From: Eledone cirrhosa
Taxonomy: Eukaryota
Reading direction: 5' to 3'
Assembly (NCBI GenBank): GCA_964016885.1
Contig: OZ024740.1
Location: forward strand, 382,664,001 to 382,728,000
DNA: 64,000 bases
The notes under the pieces are model-generated. The model saw nothing but the letters and a program-made list of their open reading frames with translations, had not been told where the DNA came from and ran no database searches. Positions 26,783 through 43,600 of this stretch are shown in pieces (within the stretch, counting starts at the first letter, position 1; every line of letters begins with the position of its first letter). The translations under genes and the position numbers were made by a program.

Positions 26783-28885
26783 ATGCAGAAACATCTGAAT
26801 GATGAACATAAGTCAAATAACATACCCGTACCAAGCAGGAAAACATACCTAAAACTCCTGATACTGAAAACAGACGCGTTCATTAAAAGGTTGCGTCGGC
26901 GTGCCTTTTATTTCGATAACCCGCGAAAAGCAGACAACAAACAGGATAAATTTGGATTTAAAACCTATAATAACCCCCCGTGTAACCCAGCATTGCTACC
27001 CTTCGAAAATGATGTCTTGGAACTCATTCGGAGTATCAAATTTCGGAATAGGAGCAATTCCTTCCAGCAGGACCTGAAGAATAGAATTCGTTCTATTAAG
27101 GATTCCAATGCCGTGCACGTCCATTCCGACAAAACTGGCAACCTATATCAAGTGGAGCGCAGTACTTACTATCAACTATTACATAATGCTGTAACTAAGG
27201 ATTACCGTAAAACTAATCGGTGTGTCATCAATGAAATCAACGATGCTGGGTTTAAAATCACATCTGATCTCAACATCCTGGACCGGACCGAACCTCTGGA
27301 CCCTATTTCTCCCCACTTTACCCTGAAGAATCACAAATCCAATTTTCCGAACAACCCACCTATTCGGCTTATTAACCCTACGAAGTCCGATTTAGGTAGA
27401 CTTAGTAAAACGATTCTTGATAGAATTATACCTGAAATTAGAAGTTTGGCCCCTCTTGCACTGTGGAACAATTCTTTCGCGGTGATTGATTGGTTCAACG
27501 GCATATGTAACAAGGAACATTGCCGTTTTATCCAATTCGACATCAACAATTACTACTCCTCCATCACTTTACCACTTCTCCTTAGAGCTATCAATTTCGC
27601 TAAAACACTCACAGTGGTTGATGTCACCCTCAAAGCCCGAAAGTCGGTGATTAATTTCGACGACTCTATTTGGATTAAAAAATCCAATAGCACCCCATTC
27701 GACGTGAGCATGGGCGCTAGTGATTCTGCGGAGGTTACTGATCTTATCGGCCTTTCCCTTCTTTTCTCTATCAAGGACGAATTCCCCAAAGCGGGCGGTG
27801 GTTTGTACCGTGACGATGGTCTTTTGACCATGACAAAGTCCGGACCTCGTGCTTGCGACAGGTTCAGAAAAGAACTCACAGCCTTCTTTAATGGCTCCAA
27901 CCTCTCTATACAGGTTGAGGCCAATCTCTCAGTCGTTAATTACCTTGACGTTACCCTCAATTTATTGAATGGGTTGTATTACCCGTATAGAAAGCCGAAT
28001 GATACGCTTAATTACATAAGTAAGCATTCCAACCATCCTGCCAGCATAACCAAGAACCTGCTAAGAAACGTTTCGTTGAGGCTTTCCCGTCTTTCCACCA
28101 ACGAGCGTATTTTCAACGACCATTCCACGTATTACAATGAAGCCCTTGTCAATAAGGTAACATATACAGAGTACGAAAATAGACCTAGAAGAAATAGATC
28201 CCGTCGCATTTGTTGGTATAACCCACCATATAATATGCAGGTGGCCACACCATTAGCTAAGATCTTTCTTTCCCTTATTACGAAGCATTTTCCCCCTACA
28301 TATAAATATATTAAAATTTTTAATAGAAATACTATTAAAATTTCTTACTCTACGATTCCTAACCTTGCACATAACACCACAGCTTCAAATTTAGCTAAAC
28401 TACCTAGCCCTAGGAACACGTGCAACCCTGTAGTTAGTACTAACTGTAATTGTAGGAATCGGGTTGATTGCCCCCTATCCGGGAAATGCCTCTCTAGTAA
28501 CATTGTCTACAAACGTAAGGTTGTAACACCCACGTCCAGTAGGGCCTAGATCGGGTTAACCGCCAATAGATTCAGGCAGTGTCTTTACATGCATACCCAT
28601 TCTTTTCGTTACCCTCTAAGAAGGAATATGACGTCACTTTCAGCTTATATCTGGAGTCTAAAAGACAACCACACCCAATATAAGTTACACTGGGAGATCC
28701 TAGCTAGAGCTAGATCGTATAACGGAAATAAAAGACCTTGTGACCTCTGCGCCGCTGAGGCCCTGGAAATACTTTACGCCACAGACCACATCTTAAACAA
28801 AAAATCTGAGGCAATTTCGGCTTGTAAACATAAATTGCACAAAACTTTCCTGTATTACAGCCCCACGTTATACCCTAATGGATAG
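26783..28885 (+). pseudogene. PLE polyprotein: reverse transcriptase plus Zn linker plus GIY-YIG endonuclease, one in-frame TAG at 28547-28549
   Basis: SDKTGNLY, IRLINPTKSDLG, FIQFDINNYYSSI, FDVSMGASDSAEV, GLYRDDGL, NYLDVTLNL, YPYRKPN, WYNPPY, CNCR..CPLSGKC, RA*IGLT, CDLC..E..LNKKSE..CKH. The 28589 ORF is in the same frame. Confidence 0.93.
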
Positions 28886-29420
28886 TACGATCTATACGTG
28901 GATATTTTACGTCTTGATGTGGGAGCTAAGTATATGTTTTGTTTATACCATTACTTATTTGCATAGGTAAGTATATTTACCCGCATGTTTCGTGAAGGTA
29001 CGTATACCTTCTCGTATGTATATTTGATTGTTTATGTTATGGCGTATAAACTTTTTTTTTTTTTTTTATTCTGGTACATATGGTTTGGCTATGTGTATAC
29101 GTGAGTTTTGCGTCTGTGTGAGTATGCAGGGTCGTACGTATGTAGGGTGTGTGTATATGTGTACTTCATGTTTTGGTTGACTTTCGTCTCCGAACATTCG
29201 TGTATTTACATGTAGGTATGTGTGTGCGCTTGTTATTTGCGTATTTATTTATTTATATACGTTTATATAATTATTTATTTATTTATTTATTTGTATACAC
29301 GCATACACACACACATATTTATATGTGTGTGGTTTTGTATACCTATGTTAAGTGTTTTGCGTATGCTTGTGTATGTACGTATTTGTTTGCGTGTATGTAT
29401 TTATTTATTTCTATTACTTC

Positions 29421-29992
29421 TGTATTGTATTTATTTACTTTGTTCTTAACTCTGTAGCGGAGATTCATTCGGTCTCCTAGTTAGAATTTTAGTCTACGAC
29501 TTCTGCTATACCATTTACGTGGTTTTGTGTTTGTATGCTATTGTTCTCCACGCTCCACATATGACGTATTATCTTCGTTATTTTAGTTCATTGCCAGAGA
29601 ACGTCTCTATGAACCACCTAAGAGAACATTAGTCTACGACCTCTTTTATACCATAAACGTGGTTCTGTCTTTGCGCGTAATTGTTTTTCACCGCTCCTAT
29701 TAATGACGTATCTTATTCGTTTTTTCCCGTTCTTTGCCAGCGAACGTTACCACGAACCAAAGTATCGTCTTCCTGTCTTCCTCCGGTCGCAACGTTTTTT
29801 GAAATATCCACTTCTGTTTTTACAGATTGACTTTGTTAGTTTCAGAAGATCCCGTTAAGGGTGAAAGCAGCGATTCTTTGCTTAAACTTTAATCTGTTAT
29901 TTTAATAAATATTTGCTCTACGGTTCTTATATATTTGATATATATTTATCCTTATCGAGCCCTCTTCGGATTTTAGTCTTGAAATTTATTAT
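29421..29992 (+). repeat. 3' pseudo-LTR with family D hammerhead at 29838-29888
   Basis: Direct repeat of 26162-26733. Confidence 0.93.
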
Positions 29993-30241
29993 TCTATATT
30001 ACAAAATTTACAAAATTCCTGTCCGATAGCCGGAAGTGGTACTATGTGGGGTCTACAGCCACCTCCTTCAAATCTCGCCTTTATAGACATCGTTGCTCGA
30101 TAAAACATGAAAACCAGCGTTATGTAACAACACTCGCAGACTAGGTTTGGCAGATGCGCGAAAATAACCAACAATTTACCCTAAATTGCCCCTCCATATA
30201 ATCCCACGGACAGGAATTGTGTAAATTGTGTAATATGGAAT
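29991..30241. mobile_element. MITE-like element with ~35-bp imperfect terminal inverted repeats
   Basis: ATTCTATATTACAAAATTTACAAAATTCCTGTCCG versus CGGACAGGAATTGTGTAAATTGTGTAATATGGAAT. Confidence 0.6.
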
Positions 30242-30395
30242 TATTTTGTATTATGAAATCAAATAATATTTTATTAAATAACAGAATAGAGCGATCATTA
30301 TACTGTAACCATCGCTTGAAATCTACATTTTCATATTACAAACACTACCAGGATTGAACGCCTGTCTCCATCTCCGTTTGATTGTCAATATACAT

Positions 30396-30582
30396 ATTGT
30401 TTCTACTTTTAGCACAAGGCCAGAAAATATTCCAGTGTATTACTGGTACTCTATTTTATCGACCCCGTAAGGATGAAAGGCAAAGTTAACCTCGGCGGGA
30501 TTTGAACTCAGTCCGTAAAGGGACGTAACTGTGCTGCAAAGCATGGCGTCCGACCCTCTACCGATACTGCCAATCCACCGCC
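30396..30582 (-). mobile_element. SINE family 1, full length
   Basis: Intact A and B boxes and body; very similar to 37746-37935. Confidence 0.88.
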
Positions 30583-31308
30583 CTTGTTGTCAATATACAT
30601 ATTAACATTCTCTATTAGTCTTAATTCTATCAACTCTTCTATTCTTTACCATTTAATATAAACTGCTATAGATAAAATGAGATTTCTTAATTCAATTCCC
30701 TTATGCATATACCAGCAGGCTACCAGCATTGTTGTTATTCAGTAGCAGTGAAAATCTCCCTCTTCCTTAATTGACACTTTATAATTAATACTACTACACC
30801 AAACGACCAGCCCTGTCCATTGTTCAATTGGTCAAGTATAGATTAAAATAGGCACTCCCAAAAATTATTATTTAGATAAAATAAACCATATACTCATTAG
30901 AAACCCTTTATATACTTGTTTACCAGTAAATAGAATTGCCATCTGTCATATACTATCCCCTCTCTTCTTCCTTTATTACAACTAATATAAATACTTCAAT
31001 TTTTCTGATTTTTTCCAATTTATCCAATATCTCTGAAGAAGTGACAACTGATTATACATTTGCTATCGAATACTTGCTAACATTATATGATTACGCAAGC
31101 AACGATACATAGGTATTCCGTCTGTTACAGAAACATATGTCAATACCTAATAAATTCCTTTTAAAAAAGAAGCACTTTCATTTTATATTCATCTTTTCTA
31201 CATTTTCTCCGGAATATTATTCATACTCGTTGAGCAAACCTACACGTACGCTGTTCATCTCTAACGTGATGATATATTATCACTACATTATTGATAACCT
31301 GAAATTTT

Positions 31309-31373
<65 letters not shown>

Positions 31374-33983
31374 TCATATACATATATATATATATATGCG
31401 TGGCTTGAATGATTCTGATACCTTTGAAAGGGATAACAATATTTCCATACCTGTACTTCAAGTCTTGTTTACTTCAGTTTTCCTGCTCCTAATTTGGTTG
31501 TGTTATTCATGATATAATAGATATCATATTTCTGAAGCAATAGGCTATTTCCCATTTGAGTACTTAGTGGTAAAGTCCTTTGCGTGATAGAGCTCGATCT
31601 TTATATAACAACCAAACTTTCTTCGAATGTTATACGCCAGTTTTAATTCGTGGATTTCATCCATTTGTTAATTACGTCAGGTCTAAGGCATACTATCGCT
31701 TATTCTCATAAAAAGCATTACAGTTCTGATAAAAGGCATTACAGTTCTACTAATTCAGTTGTTGTTAGAAAATGGTTTAAGAGAAAATCCCTTTAATTGC
31801 CACCTGAGCGCAAGCCGACATAACTAGGACAAATAAATGCTGAACTTATGCAAAATAACTTACGCACTCAATGTTTCAAAGAGACGAGACGAACATGGGC
31901 TTAACCAGAAATAATTATTGCTTTAATGTACAGTACTACTATTTCATGAAGTATTTTATCTCTTGAGAAATACCTTGTAACAATTGAACCAAAGTTGATG
32001 CCAGTTTTTGTAGCAAGTGTGAATGCCTGATATTGACTTTGTAGCTTCTGAGGTATAAAATGCTTACAATGTAGTTTTCTCGGAATTTTTGTTATCAATT
32101 ATAAAATGTCATGCTCGGAGTCACAACTACGTAATTTCACAAACCATGATATTTATCGAATAGCATATCCACAGCTTCTTCATAACTCGGGGGCTACATA
32201 GCGGACTTCTTTTTGCAGCTCATTGAAATTGTCAAAGAATTACATTGCCAAAAACTATCATCAATATACTACATCGAGAAAAATATAACAAAAAAGACAA
32301 CATTAAAGTGTATTTGCTTGAAGACAGAACATACCATTTTCTTTGTGAAAAATGATATAAGGTGAAATAAAATAAAAACGAAAGCAAATTATATATGATA
32401 ATTGAATGCAAGTAACTCCGTTTAGCATAAAGTATCCGCGCCGACTACGCGAAAAGAAAGCAACACACACACACATGTATAAATATACATATGTATATTT
32501 ATATGTGTGTGGGCGGCGTGTCTGTGTGGTGTGTGGAGGGGAAGCCTGCGGTAAGGAAACGAAAGTTATTTTATGTTATTTAAAAGCAAATTCTTGACAT
32601 CTCCATAATTGGTTCGTGCTTCCTGTGACCTCACAAACTATATAAAACTGAATAAAACGAAATTGGATGTGACAAGAGGCTGATGAGAAGTAAGATTCCA
32701 CATGAATAAATGGGAGGTATATAAGATGTGTTTTTGCATTAGTTTAAAGGTAAAGGGTGAGTGCTTTTGATTGTGTTGCTAAGACTATTAATGACGTTGA
32801 TTGTGATGTTTGAATGAATTTCCAGGTAAATCCGACTGTAAAGGTCTAAGGCGAAATCTTCACGTTGTTTAAAATAAAACATAGTATATAATACCATAGA
32901 AAGTCTGAAACAAGCTCTCGGTAAAAAAACACGTACATCCATACATATATTTAACATTCAGTATTTCTAATAAGTTTATAACAATATTGTATACATTGTT
33001 TTGAATCAGAACTGCTTGACAACGCCAAACCACAAAGTTTGTAGGTTAGCGGCTGAGTAAATGGAATGATCCATACGTAGCTGGTACTTAATTTATTGAA
33101 AATCTAATTTGGTTTGTTTTGTATTCTGAACATTGAAATAAGTAATTCAATTATTTAAGCTATTTCGTTCAGATTTCTTTTTGACTTGGCGACTCCCTGC
33201 TGTTTCTTTAAAGTACAATGATTGACTTCTCTAAAAGATACAAATATTTGCAATCAGGATCTATTTTCGTAATGTTCCTTAATTGTGGAAGTGAAAATTG
33301 AGTAAACGGGTTAACATAAAAAATAGAGTGCAAAGTAACATGTATTGTGTGAATCTACGAAAACCATTCATGAGCTTGGATAAGTTCCTAGATCATGTGA
33401 AGAATTTCATATGTCCTAGAACATACGATCTGCTCTTAATTCATGGATTATGTGTAGTAATTTATTTTTTTTTATATCTGGGAACCAAAATCAAGTCAGA
33501 GAATACATGCGAGCTAGACATTACTAAACATTACTAAACTCAGATGGTAATAAAAACAACATTTATTTGAATTTATCTTTTCATTTTACTTGGGAGAAAT
33601 TATAATCTACTTTCCCGCTCAAATAATTGGAAAAATACTGCTCAAATATTCAAATTCAATAAACAAATGAGTACGATAATGCCTAATACTTTTTTATCAA
33701 AAAATCCAGCCCGTTTTTACAGGAATGTTAATATAAAAATATATATATTCTTATACGAAATATATAGGTGAATTACAGCGCTGTCTTCATTGCAACAATG
33801 CAAAAACAGTTGAAAATAGGCTACTGATTATGAATTATAAATCAAGTGTAATTAGTTGCATTCTCGCTAGATTAAATAAGTTAGGCTGGTCAAAGTTAGG
33901 CTGGTCAGCTGCATTATAAATGGTCCTACATACACACACATCCAAACACAACCACCCACACACATACATACACAAACACACAC

Positions 33984-34085
<102 letters not shown>

Positions 34086-34880
34086 GTGTGCGTGTGTGTG
34101 CGTGTGTTTGTGTTTGCGTGCTTATATATATATATATATGAGTTTGTGTGTTGGTGTGTATTATAGACAAGTACAATAAATTCAATCAGGAAACTTGGCA
34201 AATCCTCATCATACTAAATTTGTATATCGTATTATTATATTCGGCGGTAAAATGATTTCTTTGATAGTCCCTTACAATGATATTCTCGGAGGATCTGTGA
34301 TCATACCGTGAACATGTTTCCTGTGATTGAAAATGATGGTATCAATAAAACGGAATGCTTACTATCGCAATAATCATGAATTCTAGATCATATAAGCATT
34401 TATAAGTGTTAAAGTCTTAACCCATCAATATTGTATACTAACTGACAGTAACATATTCTAAACAATTTCACATTCCCATTAAACACAATCAACATGCACT
34501 ATCAATATCAACTAACATTTAGCTTTCACCATTATTTAATTTTCCTTTCAAATAAAGAAAGGACACAATAGACAACATAAAATGTAATAAAATATAAAAA
34601 GATCCAGATAAGACATATGAACATGGCTTATAAGTGACAGCAATCACCTACTAATGAAACATGTAGATTATTTGACACATGATAGCAATTTCAATTTAAC
34701 ATGCAGCATGACAATACACAAGTTAAGATTAAAATGAACTCAATAGAAACACTCTGCTAGTTATGAAAGATAGTCACTCATAATAGAAAAAAATGAAACT
34801 ATGCGCAGTGATTTGTACCACAATCACAGAATAACGATAACAATATCACATTACACGCGCGCACACACACACTCACAGAG

Positions 34881-37032
<2,152 letters not shown>

Positions 37033-37096
37033 TATATTTATATATATATATTAAAATATAAGTATTAATAAAATAGATGTTCCTTTGATCAATAAC

Positions 37097-37149
37097 ATTT
37101 TACTATACATATTTCGAATGTACAACAATACGTCCTCATCAGACAAAAT
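37097..37149 (-). ncRNA. Type I hammerhead (family B-related) in PLE-end repeat ~37040-37450
   Basis: ATTTTGT-CTGATGA-GGACGTATTGTTGTACATTC-GAAA-TATGTA-TA-GTAAAAT. Flanks are homologous to ~51800-52190. Confidence 0.7.
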
Positions 37150-37745
37150 ATAATGATACATGACATACCCTGAGATATTAAATGGTTAAGATTTAATCAA
37201 GGTAGTGATTACCCGATAGAAAATTTTGCTTATATACTATCTGTGTGAGAGTACGAAAACGTAATGAATTCATTAGAGAATGTGTGAGTAAGAAAAACGT
37301 TGCATACTTAAAGTGTTCTAAAATTCGAAAGTTAAACGGTTAGAATTGGAAATATTTAATTTATAATATTAATGTGAAGACTCCAGATTTCAGGATTATT
37401 TGCTATTTAATTATATATTATTTATATAAATTCGATAAGTGTGTTATAATTTCTAAACTTCTGAATTGTGAGAATAACATTTTAAAGGATTTAGCTGGCA
37501 CGTAAATAATGAAATATTATACTGTTGATTAATTACCTAACTCTAAACTTTAACAAATATCTCAACATATTAGGTATGTAAATCTTTTGAAGTACTTATT
37601 GTTATACATATTTGAATAACTATTATGTATATAGGTATATATTAATGAGTCAGTAGGTAAAGATAAAATAAAATATGTTACAGATAAAATTTATACATAT
37701 GTATAATTATTCTTCAACCAAGATATCAACGTATTATTAGAAATA

Positions 37746-37935
37746 GGGCGGTAGATTGGCAGTATCGGTAGAGGGTCGGACGCCATGCTTTGCAGCACAG
37801 TTACGTCGCTTTACGGACTGAGTTCAAATCCCGCCGAGGTTAACTTTGCCTTTCATCCTTACGGGGTCGATAAAATAAAGTACCAGTAATACAGTGGAAT
37901 AATTGCTGGCCTTGTGCCAAAAGTAGAAACAATTA
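37746..37935 (+). mobile_element. SINE family 1, full length
   Basis: A box TGGCAGTATCGG, B box GAGTTCAAATCC, conserved body and tail GTAGAAACAATT. Confidence 0.88.
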
Positions 37936-38088
37936 TTAGATATAGGGATGTATATATATATATATATATTAGGCATTATTAATGTAGTATACTCATTCAT
38001 ACTTTAGTATGAATGAGAGAAGAGATAAAACTACTTATACTATTCATATCTGATTCTACGTTCTATGGCATAATTGATTACAACTCAT

Positions 38089-38089
38089 T

Positions 38090-38169
<80 letters not shown>

Positions 38170-39960
38170 CTTCTTCTTCTTCTTCTTCTTCTTCTTCTTC
38201 TTCTTCTTCTTCTTCTTCTTCTTCTTCTTCTTCTTCTTCGGAAGATCGTGAGAACAGTGACGTCCATCACACCTACTGGTGTGTCGTGTTAGACGCAACA
38301 GCCCCCAATTGATCCGGCTGTTTCACCAATCTCATGGTTATCCAGCCATCTTGCTCGGAGTCTAGCCCTGTGTCTCCCGCTGGTTGTTTTTTCTGCGTAA
38401 AATTTGTCCAGTGATTCTTTCCTTAGACATTCTAACCACATGACCGTAGTATCTGAGCCGTGATCTCTCAATTTGGAGGAGTAGCGGCTCAATCATGAGA
38501 GACTCTCTGCTATCAGAGATACGCCTTATATCGAGTAACTTTACACCTATGACCCTTCGGAGAAAACTCATTTCGACCGCTTGTATTGCTGATTGATAAA
38601 AGTTACCATGAATAGCCAATTGAAAATAGCAAAATAGCGAATTTGACTTTTAAACCTACACTTCTGATTGCCGGATGCTGAGGCTAGCGTATAATTGCAT
38701 TGGTTCCTGCAATAGTTGAACCTAATTTAGTCACCAGCTGTCAATCGCTTGTGAACACGGCTTCAAGATTATTGAACCTCTCCATCTGCTTCAGTGGAAC
38801 ACCACACATATTTAGAGTGCACAACGCAAGGTTTCTTGAAAGAACGACGGTCCTAGTCTTCGCAGCACCGATTTTCCTTCTTGCCGTAAAGCACTCGACA
38901 GCAACTCTATCAATTGCATACCGTATATCACCTTCTGGCATGTTACATAATACCGTGTCCACACATTCCAGCCGATTGCTCCTAGACTCGCAAGTCTTGA
39001 AACCACTTCAAATCCGGCTGCGCACGTCAATCATATCCAGGAGCATTATGAACAAGAAAGGTGAGAGTACTCACCCTTAGTGGAATTCCGCAACCACAAT
39101 GAATTATTTCCATTCCACACCATTGATACGAACACACATACTAGGTTATTCGTATAGAGACACCAAGGCAACAATGAGCTGTCCATTGATCCCATCCTCC
39201 TGCGGAATTCGTTTAAATGACCTTTCTAGGGCTACCAAACATGCTTACGAATCTTGGCAATTGTTTCACGTGAATATTTGACCGGCTGTGCTGCGACATG
39301 AGTTAAAATAACACTGTTTTGTAGCTATCTATATATCTTTACCAGGCACTTAGCAAATATTTTATAGGAGAGCCTTAAGAAGAAGCTCCTTCTATATTTG
39401 AAGCAATCTCTCTTGTATCCGTTTTTGGAATTATCCCTTTTGGGATTATCACTCCAGATTCCCATTCTAGTGCCTTGCCAGTGATACAATACCCCGAACA
39501 CACACCTATCAGCCAGACAATATATTCTCTATTTAATCCTTTAACATATCGGGCCTATATCCAGCCACACCAGAATTCTTGCCCCATTTGGACTCTTTAA
39601 TTGCTCTTGTTACCTCAGCCTCCCGAATGTTATTCATCATATCTTAATGCATCTCATGTACATCATAAGAGGCCAAGTTGGCTAGGTTCATGAAATCAGT
39701 AAAGTTTTCTTTTCCTCTTACGCGGATGTACCTACAGACATGTTCCTGATAGAAGGTGGGGAGTAGGATTTCTTCTCATTAATATGTATGCTCCGGCTGA
39801 ATACTTCATTTGGTGATTTGAAGTTGAATTCCATCTTAACCCAGAGGTCTTCCCATGCCCTAACTTTAAACACCCTTACTCTCTCTTTCTCTCTCTGTTG
39901 CGACTTTACAAACCTGCTTGTATCACAAGTACAATAAAGCGGGCTTATTTCCAAGCCTAG
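38089..39960 (-). mobile_element. Degenerate RTE-type LINE with (GAA)n(CAA)n tail
   Basis: IQAVEMSFLRRVIGV..QIERSRLRYYGHVVRM..RARWLD and GVPLKQMERFNNLEAVFTSD. Trinucleotide tracts at 38089-38238 mark the 3' end. Confidence 0.8.
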
Positions 39961-40842
39961 GTTTGTATGTCTCCTTTGCTTCTATGGTATTTTAGTCAAT
40001 TGTCTATGCATATTGTTCTCTACTTCAATCGAGTGGGGAAAATACTTATTGAAAACATATATGTCGAACAGCATCAGTAGATCAGCACTTCATAAACCCT
40101 AGAGTAAATAAAATATGATATAAGGAATCAAACAAGTAAATTAAAGAAGTAAACTGAAATAGAAATTCCATTACACTAACTATAATGCATCTTATTTAAT
40201 ATAAATCCATATAGGTAAAACATGATGAAGAATCTTGGTGAAATTTATCCAGCACATTTGTGGTGCTTACTTTATCGACAAAAAAAGTATGAATATGAAG
40301 AGAATTTGAACGAAGAGAATATGAAGTTAGAACGTATAAAGGTATTTACGTGGCTGAAACTTTATTAATTGTGCTAGTTACTTCCGCTAATTAGATATAT
40401 TAGATATTATTTTAATGTAGCTCATGTGTACATACTTTTTCACCTGCGGAATTAATATTTATCAAGTCAAAATCAGCGCTAATTAAACTTAAAATATTGA
40501 AATAGAAAACTAAACATTATGGGACATATATCACATATATTAACTCGCTGCAAACAAATATTTGTTATCGCACAAGCAGGTGACTTCTTCACAATGTTCA
40601 CATCAAAAGATAATTCTGTTTGGCATCTCTATGAAAGTACTTTAATATAGATGGTAGACATTTGTATTTCAGTAATATTTGCCCCCAAATTAGAGTACTT
40701 TCTTGAAATCAAATTTAATAGCAATAGAGCATATGGAAGATAAACAGTTTATTAGCACCAACTTCCCGGAATATGCACTAATCTTAGTCGTTATACTTTT
40801 CCTCTTCTTCTGACCCTCTAAACTTTCATTGCTATTCTCTTT

Positions 40843-40890
<48 letters not shown>

Positions 40891-41156
40891 ATACACACAC
40901 ATACACAGACACACACACATATATATGTGTGTGTGTGTTATATGTATATTCCATTTACAAAAATTGACATTTTAATCTGCTTGTTTGCTAAATATTAACA
41001 TACAATAACTCCCATTCACACCTATCTCTTTGCGCTTCCGTATGTATGTTTTACAAACTATATTTCCTTCAATATAACATTCTTATTCTTCTCCGTACAA
41101 ATTCATGTATCTGTACGTGCACATATATGTAATTCTTTAGACATACATACATGTAC

Positions 41157-41190
<34 letters not shown>

Positions 41191-41857
41191 TTATGTGTGT
41201 GTGCGTGTGTGTGTGTGTGTGCGTGTGTGTGTGTTTATGTAGCTATATGTATATATGATGTACGTACTTATCGTCGATATGCATATGACATTGCTTTCAC
41301 CCTACTTTGCACACTTCTCTCTCACATTTTACTCCATTTACAATATGATCGAAAATATTTTCTATTTCACCCCCTGCTGCTCCTACAATCTCTTTCTCTC
41401 TAATTATATATCCATTCCACAATCTTACTTCCTCTATGTCTCTTCGAAGAAAACATGTATTCATGAAAATAGCACACAAAAAAGTTTATAATGGAAATAT
41501 AATAAGAATGCGCAATATTTTTCCTCACTCTTCTATTTCTCTCGTCATCCCAGTGCATCAATCACTATCATTGCCATCACCACTTCCATAATCTCTGTCT
41601 TCACAATTATATCTATGAAATATTCATCCAAATCTATCGCCTTCGTTAATAGTCAAATTATTCTAATGTTAATGCAGTTAGAAAAATGCCATATTTTTGT
41701 TGAGGTTATTTTACGTTATGTTTGGTATTATTTGTATATTATTTGCCTTATATTTATGAATCCGCCACATATCATTGGCTGATGTTTGACATCTCTAACG
41801 TAATTCTCTTCTTCCCCACCCTTTACATATTATTCCGTTATCCTTCGCTTCACATTA

Positions 41858-41920
<63 letters not shown>

Positions 41921-42099
41921 ATTATTTTAGAAAACCACAAGTGAAGTCATTCTTTTCCCTTTTTTAAATATATATATATTTGTGTATGTTTGTGTTCTTG
42001 TGTCTGTGTATATATGTATGTTTACGTATTTTCATATATGTGTTGGTATGTTTTAAAATATGCGTTTTTAACAACGCAAATATACGTTGGCTGAGTAAA

Positions 42100-43600
42100 T
42101 GACTTGATAGAATGTAGATTATATTTCAAATTTTTATTGCAGGTTCAAACGTACAAATATATACATTCGAAATCAATTAGTGGTGCGTATTGTTACGGTT
42201 TGTGGTTAATATTTAAGTACTTTCCTATGTTCTTGCAAGTTCGTAAATTTGAATAATTAACGTAACCATTTATTAACTTCACTTGTTAACGAAGTAAGTT
42301 TCTGGCTGATATTTTGTTGTATGCATTGTGTCAAATGTGGTCATGGTGGTGAGTGTATTAGGTGGGATATTAGATGATACTAGTTTTGATGCGTCCGATG
42401 TGTAGTGAGTATTGATTTATTGGTTATACATTTACTGGACATATAGAATATTATTCCTTCTCATTTAAGGAATGATGCATGATTTGGTTGTATCTATGAT
42501 GTCCGGGTAGCTGAGCATCAGGTTTTAGTTCATTTGAGCATCCAAGTATTAGAAATATTAATATTCATTATGTGTAGATACTGCCAAAGGTGGGAGTTGA
42601 ATGTAATATCTACCAGAAGAGATTCTACTCAATTGATATGGTATATGGTATATATCGTCTACAGAAGCTTTTTAGTTAATTCAGCAGATGCATGATCTCA
42701 TGTTGGGTTTAATGTAGCGTGTGTATAAAGATTTACGGTTGATGTCTGAGAGGGTCGTGCTAATATAGAGATTGTAGAATATAAGCCTTTGGAAGAGATT
42801 ACTTGGATGGTGTTTGTGTGATGTAAAGATAGTGTGTTCTTACTAATAGAACTAACTGAGTGACAGGTATGTTCAATTAATTTTTTCATCATCGGTTACA
42901 CACAATGTACAGTTTTTATTGTTCACAATTTTGAAGTTAGTCCTTTCGGTGATCTACTTTAAGGTATTCTAGTTCGCGGTATTGTTGAAGTCTGACTTAT
43001 TGTGTTATAAATTGGAGATATGGAGATATATTTAAACATAAACTGTAGTTTCGATGAGTTAAGTATGTGTTGTAATATTTATTTTACTTTGGCTTCTTTA
43101 AGTGTAAGTGTTTGGATTTATTGAGATTCAGATTAACATCTAAACATCTCGATAAACAAGTTAAACAAGTGTTGAGACATATGTCGACTAATTGGTATTT
43201 GCAAATGCAAAGGTCAGTATATTAAACTGTGAAAAGGTTAGTTCGTGTTCATTTTAATCCAAAAGGTACGGTATAATGACAAAATAATATTCCTGGCCGA
43301 AATAGGATGAATTAGTTGATGTCGGAAAGTTCTTTTGATAGTCGATTTGGGGATAAAGGATTTTCAAATCCATGGCAATAAAAGTGTTTTAATGCTAACT
43401 CATCGTATGTAATTAAATGATGTTGCCTCGGAAAATTGATTCTACTTTTTAGAATGGAAATAAAAACAAAATTGACAGATATTCTCGAATCATATTGTTG
43501 GTACTTGTTGAACACTGGCTCGTGACATGGATTTGCTTATCATCTGAGGTAATGTCGTTACAGTGATAGCATTATAACAAAATTAGATGTCAATTCTAAT
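42100..43600 (-). pseudogene. Possible very old PLE RT/endonuclease remnant
   Basis: Weak motif echoes only (LITYDELAL, GLKMNT, HIGRIKT) in roughly the expected order; many stops. Confidence 0.25.

Larger units (their letters stand above)
26162..29992 (+). mobile_element. Near full-length Naiad-type Penelope-like retroelement
   Basis: Single RT plus GIY-YIG reading frame between ~570-bp direct repeats (offset 3259 bp), each with a hammerhead-like motif. Confidence 0.93.

Noticed and set aside
26783-28885. Selenoprotein-type Naiad (in-frame TGA at Cys positions)
   Set aside because: There is no in-frame TGA; the only interruption is a TAG at a Tyr codon, and no SECIS was recognised.
26162-29992. 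LTR retrotransposon
   Set aside because: No gag, protease, RNase H or integrase; the GIY-YIG domain and RT motifs are PLE-type.
37746-37835. tRNA genes at A/B box sites
   Set aside because: No cloverleaf; the boxes are heads of multicopy SINEs.
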